From a virus, in the IMG/VR virus record IMGVR_UViG_3300029267_002727, positions 33,715-97,714 of that record: a stretch of 64,000 nt of DNA; one strand, 5' to 3'. Below are positions 38,718 through 50,078 of this stretch, piece by piece; the stretch's first letter is position 1; each line of letters begins with the position of its first letter. A program made the translations under genes and the position numbers. The notes under the pieces were generated by a model. The model was not told the origin of the DNA. It did not search any database and saw only the letters and a list, made by a program, of their open reading frames with translations.

Positions 38718-38960
38718 ATGACACAAGTGAAGCTATCAGAGAAGGCTCGGCGAGTCTACCAGGCGATGTGCGACCTCCAGGAGGAGCATGTACGACTTGG
38801 CGCCACCTTGCAGGCTATCGCAAAGCGCGCCGGGCTCAACAACCGGGGGTCGGTCGCCTATCACCTGCCGGCGCTTATCGAGGCAGGGCTGGTGAGGGAT
38901 GCTGGCACAAAGAGCCACAAGTACGTGGCTGTCGTGCCGGTGGAGGACAAGGATGAATGA
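38718..38960 (+). CDS. LexA-type winged-helix DNA-binding protein without peptidase domain
   Basis: LSEKARRVY..TLQAIAKRAGLNNRGSVAYHLPALIEAGLV matches the LexA N-terminal domain pattern. Confidence 0.75.
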   Translation: MTQVKLSEKARRVYQAMCDLQEEHVRLGATLQAIAKRAGLNNRGSVAYHLPALIEAGLVRDAGTKSHKYVAVVPVEDKDE

Positions 38961-39561
38961 GGCCCAGACGACGAGCAGACTCACAGATCTCTTGGGTCGT
39001 CTGGGCCTCTGGCCCTACAAAATACCCGACACCAGCGCGAATCACCCCCAGGGGGGCGAGCCGGACATCATCTGCATGGACATCGACGTAGCGATCGAGG
39101 TAAAGATGTTCGACGACCCCACCGGCGAGTGGGAGAGCGCCAACTTCCCATTCCGGCACCTGCGCGCGGATCAGCGCGCGTACCTGGAGATGTTCCAGCG
39201 GGACGGACATCATTCATACCTGGCCCTGGGAACACGGCACGGCACGGCGGGATCGAAAACAAGGCCGCGCCTGTTGTGGCTGATCCCGTATCGGGAGTGG
39301 ATAGATATCGAGACACGGGTAAAGAAGTATCGCAAGTCACTGCCGCTGGACTACCGCCCGCGCCTAGAACGGCCTGTTCGGGACCGGGGCCTGGTGGCAA
39401 CTCATCTTCTGCATGACTATGAACTCGTTTGGGACGATGGGTGCTGGCACCTACCGCCCCACAGCCCATTCTATGAGTTTACCACAGTCAAAGAGCCGGA
39501 CCAGGAACGCGACTTGTACCAAATGAGGGAGATATGGCGTCAACTGAAGCAACAGAACTGA
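38953..39561 (+). CDS. PD-(D/E)XK nuclease, RecU/Holliday-junction resolvase-like
   Basis: GEPDI..AIEVK..LRADQRAYL. Confidence 0.7.
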   Translation: MNEAQTTSRLTDLLGRLGLWPYKIPDTSANHPQGGEPDIICMDIDVAIEVKMFDDPTGEWESANFPFRHLRADQRAYLEMFQRDGHHSYLALGTRHGTAGSKTRPRLLWLIPYREWIDIETRVKKYRKSLPLDYRPRLERPVRDRGLVATHLLHDYELVWDDGCWHLPPHSPFYEFTTVKEPDQERDLYQMREIWRQLKQQN

Positions 39562-40385
39562 TCATCCCCCAGAAAGTTGAACTCGTGACAGGTGACGTAG
39601 TCAAGGCATACGTCACGCGCCTGGAAGAGATGGCAGAGCGGGAGCTCACGCGCCGCACAGAAGAAGGATACGTGATGAGCCCGGGCGAGCGCGAGCTTGA
39701 GAAACACAAGCTGATGTTGGACTACTGTGCGGTGATGGACAACATCAATCAGCGAGCCCGGCAATTGGTCCTGGAAGCAATACATCGGCGACGACTAAAC
39801 GAGCATTCGCCGGAGGGGTGGTCCGACCTCCGGGAGACGATCGAGGACGCCGTCCCGTCTTACAGCGGCGGCACCAGGCATCAGCTACAGCGCGTGGCGG
39901 AGGTCATTGCCCCCTGGTGCGAGGCGCACAACATCGACATCTACGACAGCCCGGAGGCCCTGTGGCGGGTGAACGAGGCAGCTTCGTTCATTGCCAAGAT
40001 CATCGAGGGGGACGCCCCGGAGCAACAGAAGGTCGCGGACGTCCGCAGAACCCTCGACTATGTCACGACCCACAACCAGCAGGAAGTAAGGGCGTACGTC
40101 CGGCAATACAAAGGCACACCCATCCGGGCGGGTCAGGCCGAACTCCCGGACGGTAATTCTGTACTCGTGTTGGTTGGCAAGCCTGCCGAGATTCGGGCGG
40201 CCCGGATGCTGATCGGGAACCGAGCGACGTGGACCCATCACGCACAAGCTATCGACAGCAAGGGCGACCTTCGACCAAGCAAGGCCGGGAAGGGACAACT
40301 CGTGAGAGACACGAGCACAGGCGCCACCCTCGTCGGGATGCAGGTCTTCAATGAGGATGGAGAACTGATTCAAGAGGTGGAATAA
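39534..40385 (+). CDS. Hypothetical protein
   Basis: 283-aa ORF with RBS. Confidence 0.65.
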   Translation: MASTEATELIIPQKVELVTGDVVKAYVTRLEEMAERELTRRTEEGYVMSPGERELEKHKLMLDYCAVMDNINQRARQLVLEAIHRRRLNEHSPEGWSDLRETIEDAVPSYSGGTRHQLQRVAEVIAPWCEAHNIDIYDSPEALWRVNEAASFIAKIIEGDAPEQQKVADVRRTLDYVTTHNQQEVRAYVRQYKGTPIRAGQAELPDGNSVLVLVGKPAEIRAARMLIGNRATWTHHAQAIDSKGDLRPSKAGKGQLVRDTSTGATLVGMQVFNEDGELIQEVE

Positions 40386-41243
40386 GGAGGTTAGGATGGA
40401 CACGGCAACTGTAGCAGTCTTGGTAACGTGGGCGATGGCCATGATGTACACGGGGGTAGCCTTCACGATGGCAGCAGGGTTTGGCCTGATGTGCTGGCGC
40501 CTGACACAGAGGCAGCCACAGCCGGCCACGTTGAACGGCGGGTTCTTCGACCTGATCAAGTTCGGAGTGGTCCCGATCGATCGCGTGGGGCGCGTGACAG
40601 TCCAGGCTGAGCATGAAGGCTACGAGAGGGCATGGCAGTACATCGGGGACAAGTTTGCGTACTTTGTCTACACCAGCCCGCAACTCACGGGCGACACGAT
40701 GACAGTATAAAGGAGTGACATGAACAGCAGAGTGTACCGATACATCAAAGACGAACACGAGCCCCGGGAACCCCGTTTGTATATGCGGGGAGTAGGGTTC
40801 ATTTGCGAAGGCTGCGAAAACTACATGACAGAAAAACATCGTATGGCCTCGGTGATGGACGCAGTCCCGGACGAGCGTGGCGGCCTAGTCCATCTCGATT
40901 GCGTCGTCGGATTTGCGCGCATCACGACGACCGCCGTGTGCAGCACCAAAGATGTCTTTCGCTACAAAGATGGTGACTCCCTCTCAGGACGCACGTTGTG
41001 CCTGGCCCGGATGCAAGCTACCACAGATCGGCTCGGTATCACGAAAGCGGCGGAGTGGCCAGACGGGTGGCCCGTAGACAACGAGTATCTTGAGTTCCTG
41101 CTCGACTGGCGCGAGTACGAAGATGCAATGCGCGAGCTCAAACAGGCAGGCGCAGAAGAGCGACGGCGCCGGGACAATGCCAAGTACGGCGCCGCGCGGG
41201 CCGCCGCCGAGCAGAGAAAGATCGAGTGCGAGAAGTACCAGGC

Positions 41244-42044
41244 ATGAGGCACCGCGAGATCGCCATCCTTATCCTTGCCATTGTCGTGTGCGTTGAACTG
41301 TTCTCGTTCATGCCCACACTACTCGGAGTGAGGATGGGCGGGGACTGGTTCGGGTTCTTCCGGCCTCGCGTACTGCACATAGAGCGCCTGTACGAGCAGG
41401 GCCCCACGTCATACGCTCCATGGACCTTCGTTCCGCTCATACCCGTTGCGCTACTGCCTCCACAGTTGGGGTACGGAGTACTGCTGACATGCTCTGTGGC
41501 TGTGCTGGTGGCCTGCACGGGGAAGTGGTGGCGCGCCCTTCTCCTGGTGGCGTGTTGGCCGGTGATGGACGGGTTACAACTGGGGCATCTGGATGCCCTA
41601 TTGTCTATCGTGTTTCTGCTGCCGCTGGATTGGGCCCTCGTACTCGTGTCCATGAAGCCAATCGTGCTGTGGCCCTGGGCGCTGCTTTCTGTACAGAAAG
41701 CAACAAATAATGACTGGCGAATGCTGGCATCCATAATGAGCAAGCTGGTCATAATCGCTATCGTGTCGCTATTGATACGGGGGTGGTGGCCCGCCAAAAT
41801 CGAGCTCGACCAGGTAGGCATGCCGTACCCGCAGATCTGCACGTGGCCCCACCTGATTCCCATCGGGGTCTACTTCATGACGCGCAAAAAGGAGCGCGCC
41901 TGGCTGATCGCCGGACTGTTCTTGACGCCCTACCTGAACCCATATCACCTGACCCCGATCCTTGCGTACGTATACAGGAACGAGGACAGATGGTGGGTAC
42001 TGGCACTGATCACGGCAGCGACGTGGTTGCCAGTCATATTATAG
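41244..42044 (+). CDS. Polytopic membrane protein, GT87/GT-C glycosyltransferase-like
   Basis: YAPWTFVPLIPVALLP, LQLGHLD, SMKP motifs; many TM helices. Confidence 0.65.
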   Translation: MRHREIAILILAIVVCVELFSFMPTLLGVRMGGDWFGFFRPRVLHIERLYEQGPTSYAPWTFVPLIPVALLPPQLGYGVLLTCSVAVLVACTGKWWRALLLVACWPVMDGLQLGHLDALLSIVFLLPLDWALVLVSMKPIVLWPWALLSVQKATNNDWRMLASIMSKLVIIAIVSLLIRGWWPAKIELDQVGMPYPQICTWPHLIPIGVYFMTRKKERAWLIAGLFLTPYLNPYHLTPILAYVYRNEDRWWVLALITAATWLPVIL

Positions 42045-42731
42045 GAGAACCAATATGGACTCGCGTGCACAAGATTTTGCCATATACCTATCGACGCTTA
42101 GTACGAGGAGGGCCCGGTCCGCGCTCCTTGACTTTGAGATCGTGCTGAGAGAGGAGTTTTCCGCACGGGACCGCCGAGACCTGCCCGATGTAGTCTCTGG
42201 GATGCTACGCTTACTGGCCAGCCGGCTCGGTATGGAGCTCGTAGAACCGGAGGATGAATATGAGTGATCTGAGGACCCCAAACCTGGATAAGATGTCGGA
42301 AGTAAGAAAGCTCAGTCAGACCATTGGCGAGTTCATCGTGTGGCTGCGCGACGAGAAGGAGATCGACACGTGCAGACGGCTGGAGGTAGAGCCATTCGAG
42401 GACGATACAGGGCCGGGCTACTATGGTGAGTGCCCGGTGTGCGGGCGCGAACTGAACCTGTGCGGCGACCCGTACGTATTCTGGTGGCCCGCGTACGCCA
42501 ACATCCAGGAGTGGCTCGCCGAGTTCTTTGGCATCGACTACGACGAGATAGAGCGCGAGAAAATGGAGCTCCTGATACACCTGCGAGATCAACAGGGAGG
42601 CGACTGATGTTTGAGTCACTGCCGATCTGGGTCCAATTCATCATTGCAGGGGCCGTGCTCGCGCTGGTAAGCTGGTTCGCAATCCCCCTCCTGGTAGACC
42701 TCATCGAGGGGCTATTTCACAGGAGTCGCAA

Positions 42732-43802
42732 ATGACCAATAAGATCAAGAACGAGTCTCACGACACAAGGTACTTCACAATCACGCCCAGACTGGTGTGG
42801 GCCCTATCCCGCACCCCGCACGACTACACGTTCTGGTGCGTGGTCAAGATGATCGCCGGCGACAACGAGGAGTGCATCCTTGGCACCGACGACCTGGCCA
42901 CGATGGCCATGATATCGAAGGGCGGCGCCCACAACTCACGCGACTGGCTCATAAAGATGGGGCTGCTCGAAGGCGAGGTCCGGCAAGACCCTGGCTATCA
43001 GGCAGTGTGGCACCTACGAGTGCCTGACATCTGGAAGCGCAGCATCGAGTGGGCGGAGGCGTACATCAAGCTACGTGACCGGGTCGCGTGGAAGGCCATG
43101 CAGAAGAAGGCACACAAGGAAGGGCAGGATCTGGAACTCATCGAAGCGATGCTCGCAGGGCTCCCCGGCGTTCACCCCTTGAACGCTGAGGAGGAGCGTT
43201 CACCCCATGAACACCCTCGTTCACCCCATGAACGAGAGCGTTCACCCCATGAAACAAAGAATATCCCTAAGAATAACCATAAGAAGAACCCAATACCCGC
43301 GCGGCAGCCCGCGCAGGCCACCGAACTGGAATACGACTACGACGACCTGGATGGGTCCGGGGGCGACCCCGACAAGACCGAGCAGGGCTGGATGCAGCCC
43401 GAGCTCCCGATCCACCATCAGGTCCTAGACGTGGCCCACGCCAAGCGGTTCCAGAAGACCCGGTGGAAGAAGCGGCTGACCGGCCTCGCACAGGCTATCG
43501 CGTCCGGGGACATTCTTGGAGGTGGCGTGTACCAGGCGTGCCTAGACGGTCTGGACAAATGTGAGAATGGCGTGGTGCAGGAGCCGCTGCCGCCGATCCC
43601 GGCCTCCTGGCTGGACTGGCGGCTGGAGCAAGCCCGGAGGAACCGCTGGTCCATAGGGGGAACGGTTGACGCGCTGTTCTCTCGGGAGGCGCTGGTCAAG
43701 CACTGCCAGTACCACCTGCGTGAGATGGGGGCAGCGGTCCCGGCGAAAGAAGTTCAGTATGAGGACGCCGACCTGGGCGCAGTGGAGGTAATCAACCTAT
43801 GA
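42732..43802 (+). CDS. Phage replication initiator (lambda O-like architecture)
   Basis: N-terminal wHTH-like region, internal DNA iterons, DnaC-like gene two ORFs downstream. Confidence 0.7.
   Translation: MTNKIKNESHDTRYFTITPRLVWALSRTPHDYTFWCVVKMIAGDNEECILGTDDLATMAMISKGGAHNSRDWLIKMGLLEGEVRQDPGYQAVWHLRVPDIWKRSIEWAEAYIKLRDRVAWKAMQKKAHKEGQDLELIEAMLAGLPGVHPLNAEEERSPHEHPRSPHERERSPHETKNIPKNNHKKNPIPARQPAQATELEYDYDDLDGSGGDPDKTEQGWMQPELPIHHQVLDVAHAKRFQKTRWKKRLTGLAQAIASGDILGGGVYQACLDGLDKCENGVVQEPLPPIPASWLDWRLEQARRNRWSIGGTVDALFSREALVKHCQYHLREMGAAVPAKEVQYEDADLGAVEVINL
43169..43295 (+). repeat. Four iterons plus A-rich tract: putative replication origin
   Basis: CGTTCACCCC(A/T)TGAA at 43169, 43197, 43218 and 43239, then AACAAAGAATATCCCTAAGAATAACCATAAGAAGAA. 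Confidence 0.75.
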
Positions 43803-44182
43803 AGCGCGAGGACCTCGTGAGCCTACTTGAAGTGTTGCAGCAAGACGAGATGGAGATCAACCTCTCCAAGGGGCGCGAGTATGCCCAGGGGGACGAGGAT
43901 GCGTTGCAGAATTTCAAGGTAATCTCCAAACTGGTGAAGTTGATGTTCGGCGCAGATGTCTCCCCCGAGATTGTGTCCTTCGTGTACATGGCCAAGCACC
44001 TGCTCGCGATTGGGGACTACGTGAAACACGGCGATTCTCGCTCGAACGAGCCGATCACCGGCCGCGTGGAGGATGCGCGGTTGTACCTGGCGCTGCTTCT
44101 GGGGCTGCTGGAGGATGCTGCGGACCACAAGACGGCGGTATTGTTGAGACTGGAGGATACAGATGGCGACTCCGCTGAGTGA
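43799..44182 (+). CDS. All-alpha nucleotide pyrophosphatase-like (MazG/DUF1599-like) protein
   Basis: KGREYA..DALQNF..KH..EPI..RVEDARLY. Confidence 0.6.
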   Translation: MKREDLVSLLEVLQQDEMEINLSKGREYAQGDEDALQNFKVISKLVKLMFGADVSPEIVSFVYMAKHLLAIGDYVKHGDSRSNEPITGRVEDARLYLALLLGLLEDAADHKTAVLLRLEDTDGDSAE

Positions 44183-45203
44183 TCTCACGGGGCAAGCCTT
44201 GGTAGATGCGGGCTATGCCATGCAGAAGAGGCTAGAGGAGACGGAGAAGAAGAAGCGGGAGTACATGCTTGATGATCCGTCTGTGTGTTCCCGGTGCGGC
44301 CAGAAGAAGCGCGCGATCAGCAAGACGCTGACCGAGCTAGGGCTCGACTCTCACCCCAAGGCAGATGAACTCGGGGTCGTCACCTGGTACGCTCCATGTG
44401 ACAACCCGGAGTGCCAAGCGATCGCGGCACAGGCAATGAGCGGGTTCTCAACTGACGGTACAGATATGAAGCTGGAGCAGGCGATCTATCGGGGTAGCCT
44501 GGGGTACGCCGGCATAGGCGGGCTGAACATGCAGGGCCTGACCCTGGAAGGGTTCAATACAGAGTGGCCGCCGCTCGAGGAGCATAGAGTGGCCCTGCGC
44601 TCCGCACTGGACAAAATGACCGCGTGGTCGCAGGATCCCCAGGGCACGCTGATCCTGTCCGGGCCCTATGGTATTGGCAAGACGCGCCTGGCAGTGGGGT
44701 GCCTGCGCAATTACTTGAAGGGCCGCGAGTCAAGGAACCTACCGGCAGGCATCGAGGACAAGCGTGTAACGGATCGCAGGGTGGGGTTTCACCTTGCCTG
44801 TGTAGAGGCGTGGAACATGATGAAGGGCCTGTGGGGTACGAATGAGTCGGCCGGCCGGTACAGGGACATTGACATCACCGAGGCCGGCCTTCTCCGAAGG
44901 GCGCAGCAGGCAGGCCTTCTGGTTCTGGATGATCTGGACAAGGTTCGGCCGGGCGAGACGTATTTGCGGTGGATTCTGAGTATCATGAACTACCGCTCAG
45001 ACGACGATCGCCCGACCATCATCACCATCAACCGCCCGGTCAAGCAACTGGGCGGACACCTCAAATCTCAGCAGGGCCCGAAAGAGCCGGGTGCGGCAGA
45101 CGCGGCCGAGGCGCTGATGTCTCGCATCCTCTATAGGGCTATCCCGCTCCAGTTCTCGAAGGAGCAGCCCGACTTCAGGAAGGGGGCTGTCGTCGATGGC
45201 TAA
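44163..45203 (+). CDS. DnaC/IstB-like AAA+ helicase loader
   Basis: Walker A GPYGIGKT, Walker B LLVLDDL, TIITIN, SRI. Confidence 0.88.
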   Translation: MATPLSDLTGQALVDAGYAMQKRLEETEKKKREYMLDDPSVCSRCGQKKRAISKTLTELGLDSHPKADELGVVTWYAPCDNPECQAIAAQAMSGFSTDGTDMKLEQAIYRGSLGYAGIGGLNMQGLTLEGFNTEWPPLEEHRVALRSALDKMTAWSQDPQGTLILSGPYGIGKTRLAVGCLRNYLKGRESRNLPAGIEDKRVTDRRVGFHLACVEAWNMMKGLWGTNESAGRYRDIDITEAGLLRRAQQAGLLVLDDLDKVRPGETYLRWILSIMNYRSDDDRPTIITINRPVKQLGGHLKSQQGPKEPGAADAAEALMSRILYRAIPLQFSKEQPDFRKGAVVDG

Positions 45204-45992
45204 ACGCAAGAGCAAGAAGAGGCCGGCAGAGTACGTGACATTCTATGGTCGCGAGAAAACGGACGAGTTCCGCAATGTGACAAGCGCGTTCGTCCTGGGG
45301 GAGACCCCGGAGCAACTCAACGAGTGGCACGAGAGCGACCGGTATGGACTCAGGGAGCGGGGGTTTCATCGGTGCACGACGTTCAAGCTGACAGTGTGGA
45401 CCAGGCACAACGGGGAGGATCTCCCCATTTGTGGGTGCTACGAGTCAGCACAATGGCTGTATATGGAGGTGCAGAATGGTCAGCCAACAGACCCTGAAAG
45501 CAATAGCCAATAGACTTGAAGGAACAGGCGGGACCTTGCTCTCGGCCATGCGCGAGTGCGACGTGCCCTATGTGACGGGCGCAATCTATGAGACAGAAAT
45601 ACAACTGGAAGTAGAGCTTGGCTTCGGCTACTGCAAGGGCTGCGAGATGTGGGGCTACGAGGTGGAGGATGGCCTGTGCCCGGAGTGCCAGGACGAAGCA
45701 AATATGGCCCTGTGAGGAGGTCCAAGTGAACTGGAACATGATTGACGGGATCGCCATAATCGTGTGCGCCATTGGAATTGGTGTGTGTATAGCAGTTTGG
45801 AGGAGAGGGTGATGCGCGACTTTATCCTGATAGTGATCGCGGTGACTGCGGCGCGTTTTCTGTACAGAATTTGGAGAATAACACCATGATAGTGATACTG
45901 GTCTGTGCCGGCATGCTTTGCTTAGGACTGCTCGTGGCGCTCGCGGTCGCAATCGCGTTGTACGCAATATCTCCACGCGAAAGGGGAGGAGA

Positions 45993-46775
45993 ATGAACGA
46001 CTGGAAAAGTCTTCTGGAGGACGGCTACCTGTCCTCCCTGTGGCTCCTGGAGAACGAGGGCCCCGTAGACTTTCACGGGGCCTTCATTCCTGCGGTCGCA
46101 GAGGGCATCATAAGAAGGTGGTGCCCCGAGGGAGGCACGATCTGGGATCCGATGGCGGGCAGCGGGACAACCGGGCGAGAGGCTGTCCGGCTAGGGCGCC
46201 GCCACTTTCAGTCTGACCTGAACCCGACACGTAAAGTGATCGTGCAGGGAGATGCCAGAGACATAGCGGTCTACGAGAGCGCACACGACTCAACGGTAAC
46301 GACTATCCAGGGGCCTCACCACGGCAAGCGGTTCAAGTTCGACACCGTCGTGCTTCACCCACCTTACCACAACATCATCCAGTTCTCTGACAGGGCGGAG
46401 GACCTGAGCAACTGCGACAGCGTGGCCGAGTTCTTGATGGAGTGGCGCCAGGTCGTCCACAACACAGCCGCCCACTTGAAGGATGGCGGGTATCTGGTTG
46501 TCGTGTGCGGCGACATCTGGATCACCCGCGAGGAAGCCAAGAGAACCAATACCCAATACGGACACTATCCGCTGGCCTACTCATGTATGTGCGAGGCGTA
46601 CGAGGTGATGGAGATCGAGGGGATGGGCCCAGCGCTCAAGGCAATCGTAACCAAGGATATCAAGAACAACCAGGCCCGTGCCAAGCAGCGGAACCTGTGG
46701 GCCTCCCGGTACACAGACTGGGGAGCCGTGTTCTTCGAGACAGAGACGATCTTTGCGATCCAGATAGGGGGATGA
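45993..46775 (+). CDS. Amino (N6A/N4C) DNA methyltransferase-like protein
   Basis: WDPMAGSGTT motif I, HPPY motif IV, LKDGGYL. Confidence 0.8.
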   Translation: MNDWKSLLEDGYLSSLWLLENEGPVDFHGAFIPAVAEGIIRRWCPEGGTIWDPMAGSGTTGREAVRLGRRHFQSDLNPTRKVIVQGDARDIAVYESAHDSTVTTIQGPHHGKRFKFDTVVLHPPYHNIIQFSDRAEDLSNCDSVAEFLMEWRQVVHNTAAHLKDGGYLVVVCGDIWITREEAKRTNTQYGHYPLAYSCMCEAYEVMEIEGMGPALKAIVTKDIKNNQARAKQRNLWASRYTDWGAVFFETETIFAIQIGG

Positions 46776-47066
46776 TGAGCAGCCCATGTCCTTTCGAGGC
46801 AGTTGTGACCTATGGCAACCTAACATTTCTGGCGAGCAGGGGGCTTATTTGCAATTACGTTACCGTGGTCCGGGTCAGCGATGGCAAGATAGGGAGCCCG
46901 TCAAAACAAGACTGCCAGCGTATTGCTAATGCCCTCACGCGTGGCATCAGTGACATTAACCTAAGAGAGTGTAATGGGCCAATATGCCAAGGCTGGTGCG
47001 CAGTCACAGCAGATGATGTAGAGAGAGCGATTCAGGAGGCGCGGACCCTCTTGGAAAAAGAGGGGG

Positions 47067-47096
47067 CTTGACAGCCGTTAAGTAACCTGCTATACT
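47067..47096 (+). promoter_or_regulatory. Sigma70 promoter with putative operator
   Basis: TTGACA-17-TATACT with extended -10 TG; CTTGAC-agcc-GTTAAG. Confidence 0.82.
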
Positions 47097-47123
47097 GTAC
47101 ACATATCACTAAGGAGGACCAGC

Positions 47124-47591
47124 ATGTTCGATAAAGAGATTCGCGACGTTGTGATCTTGAGGAAGCGCTCGAAGGCCGTGAAGGGCGCGAGGCTGGAGGC
47201 CGAGGCCGCGATGTACGCCACCCCCGAGGGCAAGAAGTATAAGCGCCTGGCGCTCATCGTCAAGGAGGTGTCGGCCGCACTGAAAGCTGCGGAGCTCCTG
47301 CTTCGGGCCCAGATCGTGGCCAATTTTGACGGCGAGAACAAAAAGCCGGCTCCTGGCCTGGGCGTGCGGGTGGGTAAGCCCAAGCACGAGGTGGTCACCC
47401 ACGTCAGCCCGTACGAGTTGGTGCAGTGGGCCCGCGAACACGCGCCCAGTGCCCTGGCCGTGGACACGGAGTACTTTGAGAATATGGCCATCGAAGGCAA
47501 GGTTCCCCCCGAGATCGCCACGGTCCTCGAGACCCCTGGCAAGGTCACGGGCACGATCGCCAGCAAGCTGGAAGAGATGTACGATGTTTAG
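47124..47591 (+). CDS. Coiled-coil protein, Mu Gam/Gp157-like
   Basis: N-terminal coiled coil, then GLGVRV..LVQWAREH..LAVD. Confidence 0.45.
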   Translation: MFDKEIRDVVILRKRSKAVKGARLEAEAAMYATPEGKKYKRLALIVKEVSAALKAAELLLRAQIVANFDGENKKPAPGLGVRVGKPKHEVVTHVSPYELVQWAREHAPSALAVDTEYFENMAIEGKVPPEIATVLETPGKVTGTIASKLEEMYDV

Positions 47592-48560
47592 AATGCCATT
47601 CATGGATCCCAACGGACGCCAGGCTGTGTGTGGCGTCGAAATCTCGAACAGGATCGTGGTGATCACAGAGCTCCCGGAGAACCGGGGCATGTCAGTAACA
47701 AATTGCTGCGAGTTCCTGGCAGCTTACGTGGCCAACTCCTTCAATGTGGATCCCAACAAGGTTGTGTGGGTTGAGCACTACCCCGAGCGGGACGGCCTGG
47801 ACGAGACGTTTGACCTGGTGGAGCTTCGGTGGCGGCACACTGCACATGGATGGACGGTGATTGGTAGGCCGCGCTGGGCGCCGTCGAGTGCCAAGTTCGT
47901 TAGAGCTTATCTGGAGGCCGAATGAGCCAACTCGATATTCCTGAAATGAATATGGACGACGAGGAGTTCGCGGCGTTGCAGGCTCGCGCCTGCGTACATG
48001 ACGTGGTAGTGAGCAAGTTGGTTGCCGGTGTGAATCCAGTGTGGGTGACATGTGAGTGCACGTGCTATGAGCATTCTGTGATCATTCGCGACAGCGGCAC
48101 AGAGGTGGCAGTGTGCCCAAACTGCGGGACTTACCTGCGGCTGTTCCCGATTGAAACGCTAGAGGATCTCGCGCTGTACGAAAGTGGCGCCTTCGATGCC
48201 AGGGGGATGCTGTGCTAGAGCCAGGGAAAGTTTGGGATGCAATACGAATCAACGCTTCTCGCGGTGGAGATTGGCCGGCGTCTGCGGAGAATGAGCGGCT
48301 ACCGGGAACGGTGGCCGGGTTCTACACCGATGTCTTCCGGGACATCCTGAACAAGTGGATGGGGCACAACCTGCGCTCCTCCAAGGCAGACCTAGAGTTT
48401 GTTCGCGGGATTCGTATCCGGTTCCTGGACTTCCTGTACGGGCATGTGAAGTCGTGCAACGATCTCACGTGTGGGGAGGCCGTCTCTGCGATGCGGTTCC
48501 TGGACGAGACGTATGCGAAGGACTTGCTGTTCGAGTGGTTGCTGGCGGAAGGAGTCGAGT

Positions 48561-48950
48561 ATGGATCCGATGAGTCGTAACGAGCTCAAAGCCCGCCTTC
48601 TTATGGAGTTCCCGTTTTGTGACGTTTGTGGTGCCCGCCTGGGCCCGCAGAATGTCCCGGATATGCACGAGTCTATCGTCCCCAAGCGAGCGGCAATGGG
48701 CTGGCAGCCCAAGGAAAGGCGGCTACTGATCAATCACGAGTACAACTGCCATCTGCTGTGCCATGGGCCGTGTCACGAGTGGGCTCACGCCCATCCCCGG
48801 GAGATGGTGGCACGTAAGATCGCTCGCTATGGGATGGATGCGATCCACGAGTGGATCGAGACACTTGGGTTCAAGGTGCCGTATGCCTGGCACCGGGGGC
48901 TGGATGAAGCAGAGGCCAGGAGACTGGCCGAGATAAGGAGAATGCCATGA
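48561..48950 (+). CDS. HNH/NinG-like zinc-binding nuclease
   Basis: CDVCG..MHE..NCHLLCHGPCHEWAH. Confidence 0.6.
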   Translation: MDPMSRNELKARLLMEFPFCDVCGARLGPQNVPDMHESIVPKRAAMGWQPKERRLLINHEYNCHLLCHGPCHEWAHAHPREMVARKIARYGMDAIHEWIETLGFKVPYAWHRGLDEAEARRLAEIRRMP

Positions 48951-50078
48951 GTGCGCATTGCTGTCTGTGCGGCGTCTCGCTAGGCGCGCATAACAGGCAT
49001 AGTTCTAGCCTGTGCGAGTCTTGTGCTGCCGCCGAGCACGAGGGGCAACAGACTTTTGAGGAGTATCAGGCCCAGCAGGGCAACCCGAACTTTCTGCCCG
49101 AGTACTTTGGGCGGGGCGTGAACATCGACGCGATCCGCGACTTTTGCGGCATCGATCCGTTTCACCCGATCGCCATTGCGTGGACGGAGATGTTACTGGA
49201 TGCAGACATGTCGGGCGACCCGGGCATGTACTACTCCCTGGCCGAGTATCAAGATGCGGCCGAGGGTAAGGTGCAGGCGCGATGCAACGATGACGACTTG
49301 GCTATCTATGAAAGCTGGCTGGAGAGCACAGGAGGCTGGCCGGATGCCTAGAATAGACAACTCGCAAGCGAATATCGATGCCGTGAACGTTCTGATCGAG
49401 GAGATGTGGGGCCGCGCGCCACTCCTGGAGGACTTTTGCGAGGAAGACCCGGGGCAGACGCCCCCGATCGACCTGTGCCGATGGTGCTTCGAGGACTTGG
49501 AAGGGTTTGGCCCGCAGGACGAGATAGAGCATCCAGGCTACGATCTGGACTTCTATCAGTGTGCGGTTTGCGGAGACGAACTACTAGAGGAGGGAGACAA
49601 ATGACCACACAGATATGCAATGACCCGCGCGAGATCAGGATGATATGTGTTGACGATCACGACGGAGGCCTGTGGTATACCGCCGGCGAGGGAGGATTGA
49701 TCTCCATTACGCCCTATCTGGAAGGCGGCATGTACAACAGCAGTGTTTGGTTCTTGTTGTCATACGAGGACGGGCATGTCGATCGCATTAACGGCAGGTT
49801 CGTCTGGAGAGCGTCTCACGCGTAGGAGGTTTCCCATGGCCCACATTTCTAGTGTGGTTGAAACTGGCTTACCTATTCGACGTCTGTACTATTCTGACAA
49901 TACTGTTGCGGCCCAGCTACACAAGGATAGTGTAGAGGAGATCGTCGCGTACCTCGATCAGGACGGTGAGATCTACTACGCCCTGCTCGATGCCGCCGGC
50001 CTCGCGTTCAAGCGTATCAGGGGTGACTTTGTCATGGTGGTCGAGCACGGCGATCCGGCACCATTCTAGGAGGCGCGT

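Noticed and set aside
43169-43254. Host LexA (SOS) boxes in the initiator gene
   Set aside because: The core dyad is GTTC..GAAC, and the GAAC..GTTC spacing between copies is 6 rather than 4; iterons fit better
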